A stretch of 63,951 nt of DNA, filler included, from Basidiobolus ranarum (taxonomy: Eukaryota): the NCBI GenBank assembly GCA_040143965.1. It is 48 parts of 48 records of this genome, joined end to end, with 100 filler letters (N's around TTAATTAATTAA, not from the genome) between each part and the next. Parts side by side here need not be neighbours in the genome. Positions count along the whole stretch, not along the records: positions 62,723 to 63,951 come from JASJQH010012792.1; 47 more parts are not named here. One strand, written 5' to 3'. Every line of letters begins with the position of its first letter. The stretch's first letter is position 1. Below are positions 62,623-63,951 of the stretch, piece after piece. A program made the position numbers and the translations under genes. The notes beneath the pieces were generated by a model, which saw nothing but the letters and a program-made list of their open reading frames with translations, made no database searches and had not been told where the DNA came from.

Positions 62623-62722
62623 NNNNNNNNNNNNNNNNNNNNNNNNNNNNNNNNNNNNNNNNNNNNTTAATTAATTAANNNNNNNNNNNNNNNNNNNNNN
62701 NNNNNNNNNNNNNNNNNNNNNN

Positions 62723-63951
62723 GGAGTTAATGATAAACTTGACGGACGCTGGGGAAGGGTGCATTAGACAGAAGTGGGAGCAACTTTTGACTCTGCTTTG
62801 GAGAGAATACTATATCTTCAGGCCTTCAGAACTCTGTAAGAAAGTATACAATAAGACCCATGAGGATAGAAAGCATGAATTGAGAAATCGGAATTTTGAT
62901 TTTGAGTCTGCAAAGACACCATATCCACTATGAATTCTTGCTTGGATATATGAGAGTTATTGATAAACTTGACTGAAGCTGGGGAAGGGGGCATTAGACA
63001 GAAGTGGAAGCAACTTTTGACTCTGCTGTGGAGAAAATATTATATCTTCATGCCTTCAGAAATCTGCAAGAAAAATACAATAAGACCCATCAGGATAGAA
63101 AGCGTGAATTGAGAAATAGGAATTTTGATTTTTAGTCTGCAAAAACACAATTCCAATTGCATTTTTGCTTGTATGGACCAGAAGCAACTGTTGCAGCCTC
63201 AACTTTAGAGACAAAAGATGTTCTAAATAGATATCTACTACTACTCAATGAGACTTTGCAGCAACTCTTGGTGGAGGTTGCAGAGTTGAAAACAACATTT
63301 CAGGACACTATGGCAAGAGTAATCAACAGAGATGTAAAGAGAAAAGCAATACAACTTATTCAATCAGAAGATATTCTCCAAAGTTGAATTGGAGCAGTCT
63401 AGACCATTGCATAGACATACTAGATCACTCCAAATCAAAGAGACACCTGACAAGGTATCTATTTCACAAGAAGAATCTACACAACTCACTACTAGAATTG
63501 AGGTGACACATCCAACAAGGGCAAGAGCCCAATGAGTTGGTTCATCAGCTAGTAGTACACATCAACAGCAATGCCAGCCTGGAAGATCCATGATGTTTCT
63601 CCCATCTTTGATAAGGAACAAGAAAGAGAACCGCCTGCATTCTCACCCATCATAGCATGTGATTTACCTGATTCAACCAAAACAACCAGTGAGTTTTTTT
63701 CATCTGGAGAAGAGTCAGCTCCAAGGAGCATGCCACCAGAAAGACATACCAGTTTAACGCAAAATACAATGCAACAACAACAAAGGCAAGCTGCAAGAAA
63801 TATTGAACCTTCCACTTTGTTGGATGGAGATCTGACACCTGAGAGCAATCTACTAAGACAACAATCCATTACAATGCATACCCCCATGAGACCAAGACAA
63901 TGGGTGTTTGAGAGAGATAGCAAGGCTCTTACTGAGCTTGAAGAAGCCACA
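62723..63951 (+). mobile_element. Myb/trihelix-ORF element remnant with a local ~230-bp tandem duplication
   Basis: 62723-62920 repeats 62953-63150; homologous to 38763-39530 inverted. Confidence 0.75.

Noticed and set aside
1240-62722. Regularly spaced TTAATTAATTAA units as a CRISPR-like array or biological repeat
   Set aside because: They sit inside N runs and are an artificial six-frame-stop linker; ORFs ending in X…LIN or X…N are artefacts of it

Overview
This window is not contiguous DNA. It is 48 unrelated short contigs (1,239 down to 1,229 bp, sorted by length) joined by 100-bp spacers (N44-TTAATTAATTAA-N44), so adjacency across a spacer means nothing. The content is eukaryotic and fungal; an early-diverging fungus is inferred from the gene repertoire, short GT-AG introns and CpG-type decay. 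Most contigs are nested, decayed transposons: several Ty1/copia families, Ty3/gypsy (including a chromovirus), an abundant CMC/EnSpm-like DNA transposon that can be reassembled across contigs (~5 kb, CCCTAACA termini, two divergent ORFs), a putative PIF/Harbinger-group element with a Myb/trihelix-like ORF, and a 182-bp MITE with ANT target duplications. Host content comprises four complete tRNAs plus one partial, malic enzyme, a secreted LysM protein, a CBM18 gene, a chitin-deacetylase C-terminus and a bacterial-like PL6 lyase C-terminus. Three mitochondrial-derived fragments are present (LAGLIDADG, nad5, rns). The most unusual contig (30756-31990) is CpG-intact and intronless; it encodes what resembles the C-terminal part of a giant-virus (NCLDV) early transcription factor large subunit next to a 57-bp tandem repeat. 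All protein-family calls come from motif recognition by eye, not from database searches.
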